From: a virus
Taxonomy: Duplodnaviria > Caudoviricetes
DNA: 40,831 nucleotides
IMG/VR virus record: IMGVR_UViG_3300047505_000003
Coordinates: 1 to 40,831 of that record
Strand: one strand, 5' to 3'
Part shown: in pieces, positions 24,798-33,947 of the stretch
Layout: every line of letters starts with the position of its first letter
Numbering within the stretch: the first letter of the stretch is position 1
The notes under the pieces: model-generated
Told to the model about the DNA's origin: nothing
The model's database searches: none
What the model saw: the letters and a program-made list of their open reading frames with translations, nothing else
Translations under genes and position numbers: made by a program

Positions 24798-27725
24798 ATG
24801 GCTAAACAAGCTGGCGGCAACGCCTATGATGTGACCCTGACTTCAGCCGATGGCGGAACTGAAGTTGGGTTGATGCTTGCCAAAACCAAAGGCACAGACG
24901 GTAAGGAAAAGTACCTGTTCCGTGTGACCGAAGTGCCGTACTGGGCGCAACGCACATCAACAGGGGAGATAAGTTACTCTGACATCCCCCCAGAGAGGGA
25001 GACTGTGTTTGCGGTGGATGATTTAAGTGGTGGGTGTGGGCTATACAAATATAAAAGTGACGACAAGAACCGTTATTTTGAGGCACATGATTTCGATGCC
25101 CGTTTCCCCAACCAGGGCATCCTCGGCCCCGCCATCACTACGACTGATGCTGTAGCAGTAGCTAACAAGACTTGGGTTGCCCCTACATCCGTTCAAGAAA
25201 CGGGTACTGGGGCTGAGTCGGGGCAGGCGCACTGGTCTGACGATGCCAGTGTGTATGACGGCAGCACAGCCACGTTTGCCCTCAATACTGCCGCCAATAC
25301 TGGGAACTATCTACAGATGGATATTGCCAGCATGAACTGTGATAAGGTGCGGATTTACTGCTCTGGCAGGTGGACGTACACGGGGACGAGGTATGTGTAC
25401 TCCGATCCTACTATCACTCTGGATGTGTACTACGCTGGAGGCTGGCACAACATCTATACAGGAACAATCTCTAAAGACACATGGGTGGAGATGGGTATTG
25501 GGACGACTTATAAGGCCATTACTGCTGCCCGTGTCAAGAACGATTCATCCACGCTTGATTTATTGGTTTACGAGTTCAACTTCGGAACGTATGCCTCCGA
25601 GACCACAGCAGCCAACGGAGACCTTGCTGGCCCAGAAGCGTTCAAGGTTTGGGGTGGAGAACTGTTCTGTATTGGGTCGTCCACTGCCCCTGCTGGGCCA
25701 ACGAAAGTGTGGCGGTGGGACGCAGAAGGAAATTGGTGTGGTCAATTATGTGGGCAGGAAGATAACCAAAGTGTTCCTGGTAGTTGGGATATAAGTACAA
25801 GTCCCGATAGGACGTTGATTAATCTCACTAATCCAATAACTTTTAGTGGATATATAACCTCAGTGGAGATAGATGTAAGAGTGGCATTGGGAGCTACGAC
25901 AAAAGTGGGCATATTTACAGGGACAGCCCCTAACTTTGTGTGCCGATCTGTGGCAACTATCGGTGCTATAGCCGCTACGGTGAAACCTACTGTGGTAACG
26001 ACAGACTCAACGGGTTCAGCATTATCACTTCTTGCATTACAAGGTGACTATATTGGTATTTATACAGTAGGAACTGCCGTCATAACAGGAGGCAGTGGTG
26101 GTGGAAATATCTATTGGAAGGTAGGCGATAATACCGATGGTGGTTCTGATACATATGCTCTTTATTCATCTTCAGTGACAAATTTAGGTATTCGGGCGAC
26201 TGGGACGATTGGTGCACTCACCGCACAGCGTTGGGAGGAGTGTTACACAATAGCCAAAGGTTACGACTCGGACAAGGGTGTGGGTCTTATGGCCTACTCC
26301 GATTCGGCGGCGGGGACTGATTATTTAATCGCCTATCATGGTGCAGGGTACGACTACACATCAGCTAAAGTCCCTTATGCCTCCAACTGGACTGCAGTTA
26401 CCCCTACCAAAAACACTGACTATATGCAAGTCGTTGGGGATACTCTTTACAGTGCCCATAATAATATAGTCTATGCCTCTGACAATCCTACATCGGCAAC
26501 TAATTGGGATACGGGTACGAAAGTCGGTAACAAGCGTTGGCCGATACACTCGCTGCACGAGGTGGAGAACACTTTACTGTGTGGGCGCAGGGACGGTCTG
26601 TACTCGTTTGATTCCAACGGCAATGTGGTGAATCTGTTACCGATGGCTGTCAGATTACTACACCCTGAGAACTTCAAATACGGGACTATGTTCAACAATG
26701 CTTTCATAATCAACTATTACTACGATGGTGTGTACCATTACTATTACGGGCCAACCTCCGATATTACCCCTGCCAAAGACTCAGAGCATATGTACCTTGC
26801 CAACTGCCCCATGAAGGGGATAACAGCAGGGCATGATTTTGTGTACGCTATGTTCCTGCGGGACGAGGAGACCAAACTTGTAACTCTGTGCGCAGGGCGG
26901 GAGAACGGGGATGAGTTTGTGTGGCATCCACTACGGGACTTCTCAGTGTACTCCCTTGCAGGACTCCCAGCTATGTACGTCTGTATGCGTGACCGTGGTT
27001 GGGGCGGTGCTGACAACAACCCCCGTCTATGGATAGGGGAGTCTAGCGCAACAGTAGCGGGGAAGCCAGGGTACATCTCTCTCACGGCAGGGCATGGGAA
27101 TCCACAAAACGATTCCATCTGCCGTTTCGTTACGGCGGGGAGTGTGATAACGCCGTGGTATGATGCAGGACTCCCGACGATTGACAAAGGTTGGATATTC
27201 GTGGAGGTTGGTGGGGACAACCTATCGGCTAACAGAACGATAACGGTGTCTTATGAAATTGACAATTCTGGGGCATGGACTGCACTTTCTACCGTAGCCA
27301 CTTCTGACGGGATAACGGCAATGGCTTTCCCATCCGACACTACTGGGAAGCAGATACGATTCAAGATTGCGCTGGCTACCAATACCTCCACTCAAACCCC
27401 CGTGGTGCAATTCCCCATCTTTACAGTACATCACACTGTTAGACCAAAGAAGGTCAGGCAGTTCGAGATGGCAGTGAATGTTACGGACTATGTTATCATG
27501 CGGGACGGTCAGAGCAGGGACGACCAGACGGCAAGCGAGATTAACACTACCCTTGCCACCCTCCGCGCAAAGACATATCCACTAACGTTTAAGGATTGGA
27601 CTGAGGCTTCGTGTCTGGTGCAGATAGTTGAGCCAAAAGAAGAAGATTGGATAACGAAGGAAATGCCCGTAATCGGCACTGAGAAAGTAATCTCCCTTAA
27701 ACTGGTGGAGATATTACAATCGTAG
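24798..27725 (+). CDS. Large tail protein (nozzle/stabilisation-like beta-propeller with inserted domains)
   Basis: 975 aa, beta-rich. DDLSGGCG N-terminal motif, propeller-like repeats, and a TPWYDAGLPTIDK...QIRFKI C-terminal region. Confidence 0.7.
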   Translation: MAKQAGGNAYDVTLTSADGGTEVGLMLAKTKGTDGKEKYLFRVTEVPYWAQRTSTGEISYSDIPPERETVFAVDDLSGGCGLYKYKSDDKNRYFEAHDFDARFPNQGILGPAITTTDAVAVANKTWVAPTSVQETGTGAESGQAHWSDDASVYDGSTATFALNTAANTGNYLQMDIASMNCDKVRIYCSGRWTYTGTRYVYSDPTITLDVYYAGGWHNIYTGTISKDTWVEMGIGTTYKAITAARVKNDSSTLDLLVYEFNFGTYASETTAANGDLAGPEAFKVWGGELFCIGSSTAPAGPTKVWRWDAEGNWCGQLCGQEDNQSVPGSWDISTSPDRTLINLTNPITFSGYITSVEIDVRVALGATTKVGIFTGTAPNFVCRSVATIGAIAATVKPTVVTTDSTGSALSLLALQGDYIGIYTVGTAVITGGSGGGNIYWKVGDNTDGGSDTYALYSSSVTNLGIRATGTIGALTAQRWEECYTIAKGYDSDKGVGLMAYSDSAAGTDYLIAYHGAGYDYTSAKVPYASNWTAVTPTKNTDYMQVVGDTLYSAHNNIVYASDNPTSATNWDTGTKVGNKRWPIHSLHEVENTLLCGRRDGLYSFDSNGNVVNLLPMAVRLLHPENFKYGTMFNNAFIINYYYDGVYHYYYGPTSDITPAKDSEHMYLANCPMKGITAGHDFVYAMFLRDEETKLVTLCAGRENGDEFVWHPLRDFSVYSLAGLPAMYVCMRDRGWGGADNNPRLWIGESSATVAGKPGYISLTAGHGNPQNDSICRFVTAGSVITPWYDAGLPTIDKGWIFVEVGGDNLSANRTITVSYEIDNSGAWTALSTVATSDGITAMAFPSDTTGKQIRFKIALATNTSTQTPVVQFPIFTVHHTVRPKKVRQFEMAVNVTDYVIMRDGQSRDDQTASEINTTLATLRAKTYPLTFKDWTEASCLVQIVEPKEEDWITKEMPVIGTEKVISLKLVEILQS

Positions 27726-27736
27726 AAAGGATTAAC

Positions 27737-27970
27737 ATGGCAGAGTATGTAACCAAAGACGAGTTCGGTGAGTTAGTTAAAAAGGTGGATATTGCCGCAG
27801 GTGACGTGCATGACTTGAAGTACAATCACTTCCCACATTTGGCCAAACGGATAGACTGGTGCGTTAAGAAGATAACCGCAATAAACATTCAAGTGATGGT
27901 TCTCACTGCCATGTCTTCTATATTGATTGTGCTGGTAGGGATAATATTGGAGCATTTGCTATCTCATTAG
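27737..27970 (+). CDS. Holin/XhlA-like membrane protein
   Basis: Coiled-coil N-terminus, NHFPHL motif and a single C-terminal TM helix; last gene of the late operon. Confidence 0.6.
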   Translation: MAEYVTKDEFGELVKKVDIAAGDVHDLKYNHFPHLAKRIDWCVKKITAINIQVMVLTAMSSILIVLVGIILEHLLSH

Positions 27971-27985
27971 TACCCCCCTTTCTAT

Positions 27986-28030
27986 ACCCCCTGTTCAGGC
28001 TACGGTCTGGGCAGGGGGTTATTTTTATTT
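27986..28030 (+). terminator. Rho-independent terminator ending the late operon
   Basis: 15-bp stem ACCCCCTGTTCAGGC/GTCTGGGCAGGGGGT with a cTACGg tetraloop, followed by TATTTTTATTT. Confidence 0.88.
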
Positions 28031-28080
28031 GTATGTTGTTGTCACTACCACATCATCACAGGTGTGTGGGGTTTGTTGTT

Positions 28081-28296
28081 CTAAAGACAGAAGATCAGTC
28101 GTGCTTTCTTGGTTTCCCGTATGGCTTTCCTCTTGGCATAAGACTGGTTCTTAATAGTAGTATCGAAGTCTAGTAGTTTCCCACAATCCGTACATATCCT
28201 TGCCCCCACCAACACAGTCCTAGTATCACCATGTTCCTGCCGATGTATCAACTTCCGTTTCCGTGTGGGTCTGTGTCCTAATAATGTGCATAACAT
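28081..28296 (-). CDS. Small Zn-binding protein (LCTLLGH...CTDCG)
   Basis: DUF1660-like pattern; RBS AGGAGG. Confidence 0.65.
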   Translation of the reverse strand: MLCTLLGHRPTRKRKLIHRQEHGDTRTVLVGARICTDCGKLLDFDTTIKNQSYAKRKAIRETKKARLIFCL

Positions 28297-28307
28297 ATTA
28301 CGTCCTC

Positions 28308-28529
28308 CTATTCACACTTCCTTTGGTATATATCACTTCTGTTATATTTGGCACACTGTTTATCAAAGATGTCCAAACAATCCTCTCTTTCCTTGCACCA
28401 ATTACAACCATGTTTGTCATCGCATCGTTCAATGTTATCCGTAATAAATTTGAAGGTTTTATGGTAAGGGTCTTGGGACTTGGGGATACCCTTACGTGCA
28501 AGTAGCAGGAACATCAATCCTTCTTTCAT
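28308..28529 (-). CDS. Hypothetical Cys-containing protein
   Basis: 73 aa, overlapping the upstream gene by ATGA. Confidence 0.55.
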   Translation of the reverse strand: MKEGLMFLLLARKGIPKSQDPYHKTFKFITDNIERCDDKHGCNWCKEREDCLDIFDKQCAKYNRSDIYQRKCE

Positions 28530-28786
28530 GGTGTTATCTTATTACTTGGTGGCTCAACAATACGAATGATAATAGATTCATCTTCTTTATTAGAACCATA
28601 CCCAATTCCTGTTCGGAGTGCTGTCTGTCTTATCCATCCGCCACGACAATCATAGAAAGTACCTGAAAATATTTGTGCGGATAAACACTCATCCTTGAAT
28701 GGTTTTATTGCACCCTTCTCGAAACTGTTTTCAGGTGTAAGGACTAACTGTACCACTCCATCTTCAATATATATCGCTGTTTTCAT
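28526..28786 (-). CDS. Hypothetical phage protein (MKTAIYIEDGVVQLVLTPE)
   Basis: Start moved to ATG 28786 after GAGGTG, downstream of the promoter. Confidence 0.75.
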   Translation of the reverse strand: MKTAIYIEDGVVQLVLTPENSFEKGAIKPFKDECLSAQIFSGTFYDCRGGWIRQTALRTGIGYGSNKEDESIIIRIVEPPSNKITP

Positions 28787-28803
28787 AATTTCACCTCGCC
28801 ATG

Positions 28804-28832
28804 AGTGTACCACAAAAAACAGCGGTTGTCAA
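28804..28832 (-). promoter_or_regulatory. Sigma70/SigA promoter (leftward)
   Basis: TTGACA-17-TACACT with TGTGG; very similar to the promoter at 2546-2574. Confidence 0.8.
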
Positions 28833-28875
28833 GGGGTATGATAATTTGTCTGTAAACCCATTCAAAACAAACCTC

Positions 28876-28904
28876 TTGACAAATCATAAAAGATGTGGTA
28901 TGGT
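28876..28904 (+). promoter_or_regulatory. Sigma70/SigA promoter (rightward, divergent)
   Basis: TTGACA-17-TATGGT with TGTGG. Confidence 0.75.
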
Positions 28905-28921
28905 ATTGGTGAGGTGAGGAA

Positions 28922-29263
28922 ATGAAACTACCACACGACAGCAAGCGCAAGTTAAAACGTAATCGTGCCTTACGGCGTTATCATTTAAAGCATCCTGATG
29001 TGTCGTGGGCAGATGTAGGGTTGAAGTTCAAAGTCACCCGACAGAGGGCATGGGAGATAAACAGGAACGAGGAGAGGCGTGAGCAGATGAAAGCCGAGAA
29101 GCGTGCCAAAAGGCGAGTGTATAGAGTGCCATTAGGGTCAATAAGTGGCGCAAGTGTATTTGGTAAAGAGAACGAATCAAGTCTTATCCCCACTATAGAT
29201 GATAGGCTTTTTAATAGAAACTCTATTGCGTTAGTTCGAGGGGAAAATGAACTGCCCAGATAA
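28922..29263 (+). CDS. HTH DNA-binding regulator
   Basis: RNRALRRY...VSWADVGLKFKVTRQRAWEI (sigma-region-4/Mor-like HTH); first gene after the divergent promoter. Confidence 0.75.
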   Translation: MKLPHDSKRKLKRNRALRRYHLKHPDVSWADVGLKFKVTRQRAWEINRNEERREQMKAEKRAKRRVYRVPLGSISGASVFGKENESSLIPTIDDRLFNRNSIALVRGENELPR

Positions 29264-29423
29264 CTCATGCCAATACAACTTCCATTTGGACTGTATGGCC
29301 GACCCTAATTTTGAGTGGCTGAAACCGCAAGAGTTCGAGTGTGAGTGTGAGTTTGGGCATCGGGCGTTCACCGTCGAGGATATACCTGCCATGATATGTA
29401 AATCAAGAGTGGAGAGAAAATAG
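29247..29423 (+). CDS. Small Cys-rich protein
   Basis: Manual translation MNCPDNSCQYNFHLDCMAD...ECECEFGH...MICKSR; RBS GAGGGG. Confidence 0.6.
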   Translation: MNCPDNSCQYNFHLDCMADPNFEWLKPQEFECECEFGHRAFTVEDIPAMICKSRVERK

Positions 29424-29436
29424 AAAGGATATTGAT

Positions 29437-29703
29437 ATGAAATTATTTGGTAGGGCACGTAAGGATAGACCTTCTAATTGTAAAGATTTAGATGAGATTT
29501 TAGCAGTCATCGATCTTGCAGAGTGCAATAGACTTAAACCGAAGAGGTTGATAGTAAGTGCTAATGTATTTAACCAAATCTGCTGCGAATGGATGATGAT
29601 ATTTGATAAAGGAACAAATAAACCTATGATTGCTGGTGTGCCAATAGATACCATAAGAGATATTACATTGGAATGTGAATTACCTAAAAGGAAGGGTAAA
29701 TGA
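29437..29703 (+). CDS. Hypothetical protein
   Basis: 88 aa with RBS AAAGGA. Confidence 0.65.
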   Translation: MKLFGRARKDRPSNCKDLDEILAVIDLAECNRLKPKRLIVSANVFNQICCEWMMIFDKGTNKPMIAGVPIDTIRDITLECELPKRKGK

Positions 29704-30056
29704 TAGAGTTTGATGTTGATGGGTACTATTGTGAACGGTGCAACAAGTGGCACTGGAAAGACGACCCATTATTTAAGGTACATTACAAGGAGGCTGATGA
29801 TGCTAATATCAATCCTGTGGAAGTGTAGGAAACTATTGCCGTTCAAGATACGGTGTTGGCTCAATCTTAGATACGTCAGCCAGCGTGAGTTGGATAAGCG
29901 ATATAATGAGTTTAAGAGGAGACACAATGCCAACGTATAGAGTGGAACTAAAACCGTATATTGATGTGTGGGCAGAGGATGATTTGTGGGCTGACAAGTT
30001 TTATAGGCTTGACCCTGACGAGTTCTTGCCGAAGGTCAGAGGGATTGAGGTGATAG

Positions 30057-30263
30057 ATGCTTAACCAGTTTATCTCCCGTGGTCTTGCCGATGAGACACC
30101 AGACCAGTTCCGTGAGCGTTGCATATGGGACGGTGTAGAAAACCTCAAAAGGGCTAGACCCACACTGGAAGCGATTAAGAGTGGCGAGAGACTGCCGTAC
30201 CGTTACGAAAGCGGTAGGGGCATAGTAGAATATACAGAATGGAGGGACAAAGATGCGGAATAA
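30057..30263 (+). CDS. Hypothetical protein
   Basis: 68 aa with RBS GAGGTG. Confidence 0.65.
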   Translation: MLNQFISRGLADETPDQFRERCIWDGVENLKRARPTLEAIKSGERLPYRYESGRGIVEYTEWRDKDAE

Positions 30264-30447
30264 GATATTTTGGTATAGTGCATTTGGGTTATGGTGGAGT
30301 TTAATGATATATTGGGCTTGTATGGTTGGGCAACTAATATCTACTGAGGGTGTAGTTTGGCTTGCTTTAATCATACCTTTTTCAATAGTAGTAGGGTTAA
30401 TGGCATATCGTGTCTGGATAGATACTGAGTGGCTTATAGAAAATTAG
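30253..30447 (+). CDS. Two-TM membrane protein
   Basis: Two hydrophobic helices; RBS GGAGGG. Confidence 0.65.
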   Translation: MRNKIFWYSAFGLWWSLMIYWACMVGQLISTEGVVWLALIIPFSIVVGLMAYRVWIDTEWLIEN

Positions 30448-30459
30448 AGGAGGACAACA

Positions 30460-30810
30460 ATGGAGAATAACACAATATCATGGACAAGGTTTATCGGCTA
30501 TGACAGGGTAGATGTTGCCTTGTCGGGCGACTCAACACCAGAGCAACGCAAAGTGGCGTGGGACTACTCAAAGAAGTTAGTGGAACAAATCATTGAAGAC
30601 CAGCAAAGGCTAGCAGAGTTGTATGGAACAAAGACACCACAAGTTGAAACTCAAAAGTCCGAACCTCAACCTACCCAAAATAGTGATGTCCCATATTGCA
30701 ACAAGCATAAGTGTTTCTTTGTTAAGCACACTAAGGGCGGAAAGACCTGGTATTCTCATGTAGACAAGGGTTCAGAGACAGGTTGGTGCAACTTTAAAGA
30801 GGATAGTTAA
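30460..30810 (+). CDS. Hypothetical protein with a C-terminal C..H...H...C Zn-binding domain
   Basis: YCNKH...KTWYSH...GWCN; RBS AGGAGG. Confidence 0.75.
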   Translation: MENNTISWTRFIGYDRVDVALSGDSTPEQRKVAWDYSKKLVEQIIEDQQRLAELYGTKTPQVETQKSEPQPTQNSDVPYCNKHKCFFVKHTKGGKTWYSHVDKGSETGWCNFKEDS

Positions 30811-30825
30811 TCGCCAGGTCAGAAT

Positions 30826-31107
30826 ATGATACCGCAATCTACCAAGAATGCTATCATCCTGCGGTGCATAGAGAAGTTTGGCAGGGTGCAGTGTGAAGGG
30901 GAATACCGCAGGGAAGGTTATGGTGACAATGTGAAGGCTATAAGATTGGGGAATTGTTTGCACCCAGAGTGCCACATCTACGATTACAGTCACATCGTCC
31001 ATCGGCACATGGGTGGGACAAAGAGGGCATGGGTGAACGAACCCGAAAACATACTACTACTTTGCAGGTTTGACCATGACCTGTTTGATGGTAGGGCTAG
31101 GAGATAA
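30826..31107 (+). CDS. HNH endonuclease-like protein
   Basis: SHIVHRHMGG...PENILLLCRFDHD. Confidence 0.7.
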   Translation: MIPQSTKNAIILRCIEKFGRVQCEGEYRREGYGDNVKAIRLGNCLHPECHIYDYSHIVHRHMGGTKRAWVNEPENILLLCRFDHDLFDGRARR

Positions 31108-31253
31108 TTTGCCAGCCACTAAGCGTCAAATCAGATTTAGGTGGGGTAGGATACGCTGAAAGTAAACGAGATTAGTCCTATCAAACTTTCCGTCTCCCCC
31201 ACCAATAAAGCAGACTTTAGGCAAGAATGTTTGAGTAAAGTAGGGGGACAAAG

Positions 31254-31541
31254 ATGAAAAAAGATTGTCCAAAGTGTGGGTCTAATAAATTCTGGTTTAC
31301 AGAACATCTTAATGAATGGCATTGTTATCATTGTGGATATACTGAAAAGGCAGAAGAAATGACGAGTAAGATATTGGAGGGCAAGATGAAGATAAATTTG
31401 GATTATAATTCACCGCGAACTTGTGCTCTGCTTGGTGCTATGCTATCTGGCGGCGATACAGAGAAATTAGCTAAGATGATGGTGAAGGCACAGGAGACAA
31501 ATAAAGAAGATGGGGAGGGCAGCCATGACAGAGAGAGATGA
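31254..31541 (+). CDS. Zn-ribbon protein
   Basis: CPKCGS...WHCYHCG; appears fused to an unrelated C-terminal part. Confidence 0.65.
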   Translation: MKKDCPKCGSNKFWFTEHLNEWHCYHCGYTEKAEEMTSKILEGKMKINLDYNSPRTCALLGAMLSGGDTEKLAKMMVKAQETNKEDGEGSHDRER

Positions 31542-31680
31542 AGCCACAGATATAAGAGATGAAATTGACCGAGAACATGGTAAGTGCCAAGATAACTCAT
31601 GTGCTGTATGTCCTATATTGGGCAAGTTAGATGCAAGAGTTATTGTAGCCCAAGCCCGTTGTTGGGAGTTAGGGATATGA
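31525..31680 (+). CDS. Small hypothetical protein, partial paralog of 31929-32171
   Basis: Manual translation MTERDEATDIRDEIDREHGKCQDNSCAVCPILGKLDARVIVAQARCWELGI. Confidence 0.6.
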   Translation: MTERDEATDIRDEIDREHGKCQDNSCAVCPILGKLDARVIVAQARCWELGI

Positions 31681-31928
31681 TTATCAAGAATAAAACCAAG
31701 TTCTCTACTGAGGATATAGTTATCTGTACATTTAGTGTGCCTCCTCAAAGATGGATGAGAAGAATATGCTGCTGACACCCGCAGAATGGAGAGGGCTGAA
31801 AGCATCATATAAAGAGCAAACTTCAGTTTGCTCTTTAGAGGTAGATAATCTTGATGATTGGATACAACTAGGCTTAATTGCCAAGCTCATCTCTCTCGGT
31901 TGGGGTAAAGTGAGCAGAAAGCAGGTGA

Positions 31929-32171
31929 GTGATGAGTAAGATACTAGGCAAGGAAGCATTAGACAATATCTGTGGCAACTGCGAAGAGGCAATTCAATGC
32001 CCCTGTTATGCTAGTTACTGGTTATGCCCTAAGCATCTCTCAGCCCAAGCAGCCATGACAGAGAAGAATATATTAAATCATATCTTGTTGACACATCCTG
32101 ACTACGAAACACTGGCAAGGCTGTTATATGATAGCCAAGCCCGCTGTCGGGAGCTAGGAGTAGGAGAATGA
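31929..32171 (+). CDS. Small Cys-containing hypothetical protein
   Basis: 80 aa ending SQARCRELGVGE; coupled to the next gene. Confidence 0.6.
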   Translation: MMSKILGKEALDNICGNCEEAIQCPCYASYWLCPKHLSAQAAMTEKNILNHILLTHPDYETLARLLYDSQARCRELGVGE

Positions 32172-32845
32172 GTAGAGTTAATACTTCAAAAGGCAATATG
32201 TACGAATGGGTAACTCATACATGGTCGCCAGGGATCGGCTGTCCTCATCAGTGTTCTTACTGCTATGTAAAGACTTATAGAGAGCAACCGTCAGAGTTTC
32301 GATTAGACCTTCCCTTCCCAAAACTAGGCAAGGGTAGAAAGATATTTGTGGGGCACCTCTGCGATATGTGGGCAAAGGGTGTTGCCTCTGAAGACATTGG
32401 AAGCATTTTGGGATGGTGTTCATATTTTGCCAATGAGTATATATTCCAAAGCAAAAACCCTTACCGCTTTGCTGACTTCGTAAATGAAATGCCTTCACAC
32501 GCAATGTATGGAACTACGATAGAGACAAACAAGCAAGATATACTCGATAAACTTTCAAAAGCACCTCCTGTTAAGGAACGGACGGAAGCTATGAAGTTTT
32601 GTAAGCCTTATGGTTTTCGGCAATTCGTTACCATCGAGCCGATTATAGACTTCGATGTAGACAAACTGGCAAGACTTATCATAGATGCTTCGCCTGATTG
32701 GGTAAATATTGGAGCTGATAGCAAACACCATAACCTACCAGAACCTCCCAAAGAGAAAGTTATCGCTCTCATTGAAACATTAGTAACAGAAGGGATAAAG
32801 ATTCTTAACAAGAGCAATCTTCAGAGATTGTATGGCAGTAGGTGA
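32168..32845 (+). CDS. DUF5131 (phage Gp37/Gp68-like) radical-SAM-motif protein
   Basis: WVTHTWSPGIGCPHQCSYCY (CxxxCxxC), IFVGHLCDMW, FQSKNP, FVTIEPI and WVNIGA. Confidence 0.85.
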   Translation: MSRVNTSKGNMYEWVTHTWSPGIGCPHQCSYCYVKTYREQPSEFRLDLPFPKLGKGRKIFVGHLCDMWAKGVASEDIGSILGWCSYFANEYIFQSKNPYRFADFVNEMPSHAMYGTTIETNKQDILDKLSKAPPVKERTEAMKFCKPYGFRQFVTIEPIIDFDVDKLARLIIDASPDWVNIGADSKHHNLPEPPKEKVIALIETLVTEGIKILNKSNLQRLYGSR

Positions 32846-32877
32846 TACTCTGAGGCAAGAGTAGAGAGGAGTAAAAG

Positions 32878-33051
32878 ATGAAACTAACTCCAAATGAAAT
32901 AAGAGCAAGAATGCTGTATAGGTTAGTTAAAGAACATAAGAAAATTTGCAATAGCGATAAGTGTGGAATAAGTACAGTTGAGATGGGTAGACTGTATGTT
33001 GAACTAAAAGGTCGTCCCTTGACAAAAAAGGAGATGGCTAACTTTTTGTGA
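32878..33051 (+). CDS. Small hypothetical protein
   Basis: Manual translation MKLTPNEIRARMLYRLVKEHKKICNSDKCG...; RBS AGGAG. Confidence 0.6.
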   Translation: MKLTPNEIRARMLYRLVKEHKKICNSDKCGISTVEMGRLYVELKGRPLTKKEMANFL

Positions 33052-33109
33052 GTTACCTCTAACTAATAGTGGAGCATAGCCAAGAGTAGAGTTGACGGGA
33101 GTAAGTAGT

Positions 33110-33400
33110 ATGAATGATTTAATACCTTTCAATGATTGGAGCAAGGAGCGCATACGTCGAGGTACAAAGAAATGTACTAGCCGTCATAAGAGATATACTA
33201 AAGACCCGCGAGTAACATGGATTAGTCCTAAATTGCCTCTGTGGTTTATAATAGCTTATTTGTGGCGATCAGAAGGGGCAGAATCACAGGAGGAATTAGT
33301 GCAAGTATTTCGAGATATTTACCGACGTGAGGTATCAGATGACGAACTATTCTATGTACATTTCGGCAATTTTATGCCCCTAATGGACAGGTTAGTGTAG
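33110..33400 (+). CDS. ASCH/PUA-like protein
   Basis: IRRGTKKCTSR and WRSEGAESQEEL...FYVHF motifs. Confidence 0.6.
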   Translation: MNDLIPFNDWSKERIRRGTKKCTSRHKRYTKDPRVTWISPKLPLWFIIAYLWRSEGAESQEELVQVFRDIYRREVSDDELFYVHFGNFMPLMDRLV

Positions 33401-33445
33401 TCAGTAGTGCAGGGAGTAGAGAATGAAAGTAGTGGAGCTAGGAAG

Positions 33446-33820
33446 ATGAAAGCTCTTAGTGTTAGACAACCTTGGGCATTTCTAATTGCTTGCGGGATAA
33501 AGGACATTGAAAATCGTTCATGGGAAACAAATTACCGAGGGCGTATATATATTCATGCAGGGCAACGATTCGATCCAAACGCCTTAATTGAATTACTTGA
33601 AATGGGGATGTCACTAGCAAGAGCATTGATGCTTCACAGTAACCAAGTCGCAAGGGGTATGATAATCGGAGAAGTAGACATTGTAGACTGTATTACCAGT
33701 AGTAATTCAAAATGGTTTAAGGGGAAGTTCGGTTGGGTTTTAGCAAACCCTGAATTATACGAGAAGCCAATACCTTATAAAGGCAAGTTAGGCTTATTCA
33801 ATGTGGAATTAGGAGAGTAG
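33446..33820 (+). CDS. ASCH domain protein
   Basis: MKALSVRQPWAFLIACGIKDIENRSWETNYRGRIYIHAG...GKLGLF. Confidence 0.92.
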   Translation: MKALSVRQPWAFLIACGIKDIENRSWETNYRGRIYIHAGQRFDPNALIELLEMGMSLARALMLHSNQVARGMIIGEVDIVDCITSSNSKWFKGKFGWVLANPELYEKPIPYKGKLGLFNVELGE

Positions 33821-33947
33821 GGGATAGCACAATGAAGGAGGTGGATATTGGATGAACCTACATGGATAACAGTGATAGATGAAATTAGTAAAGTGGTGGA
33901 GCATCTAAGAAAAGCCGTAGAGAACACTAAAGAATTGAGGGAATACT

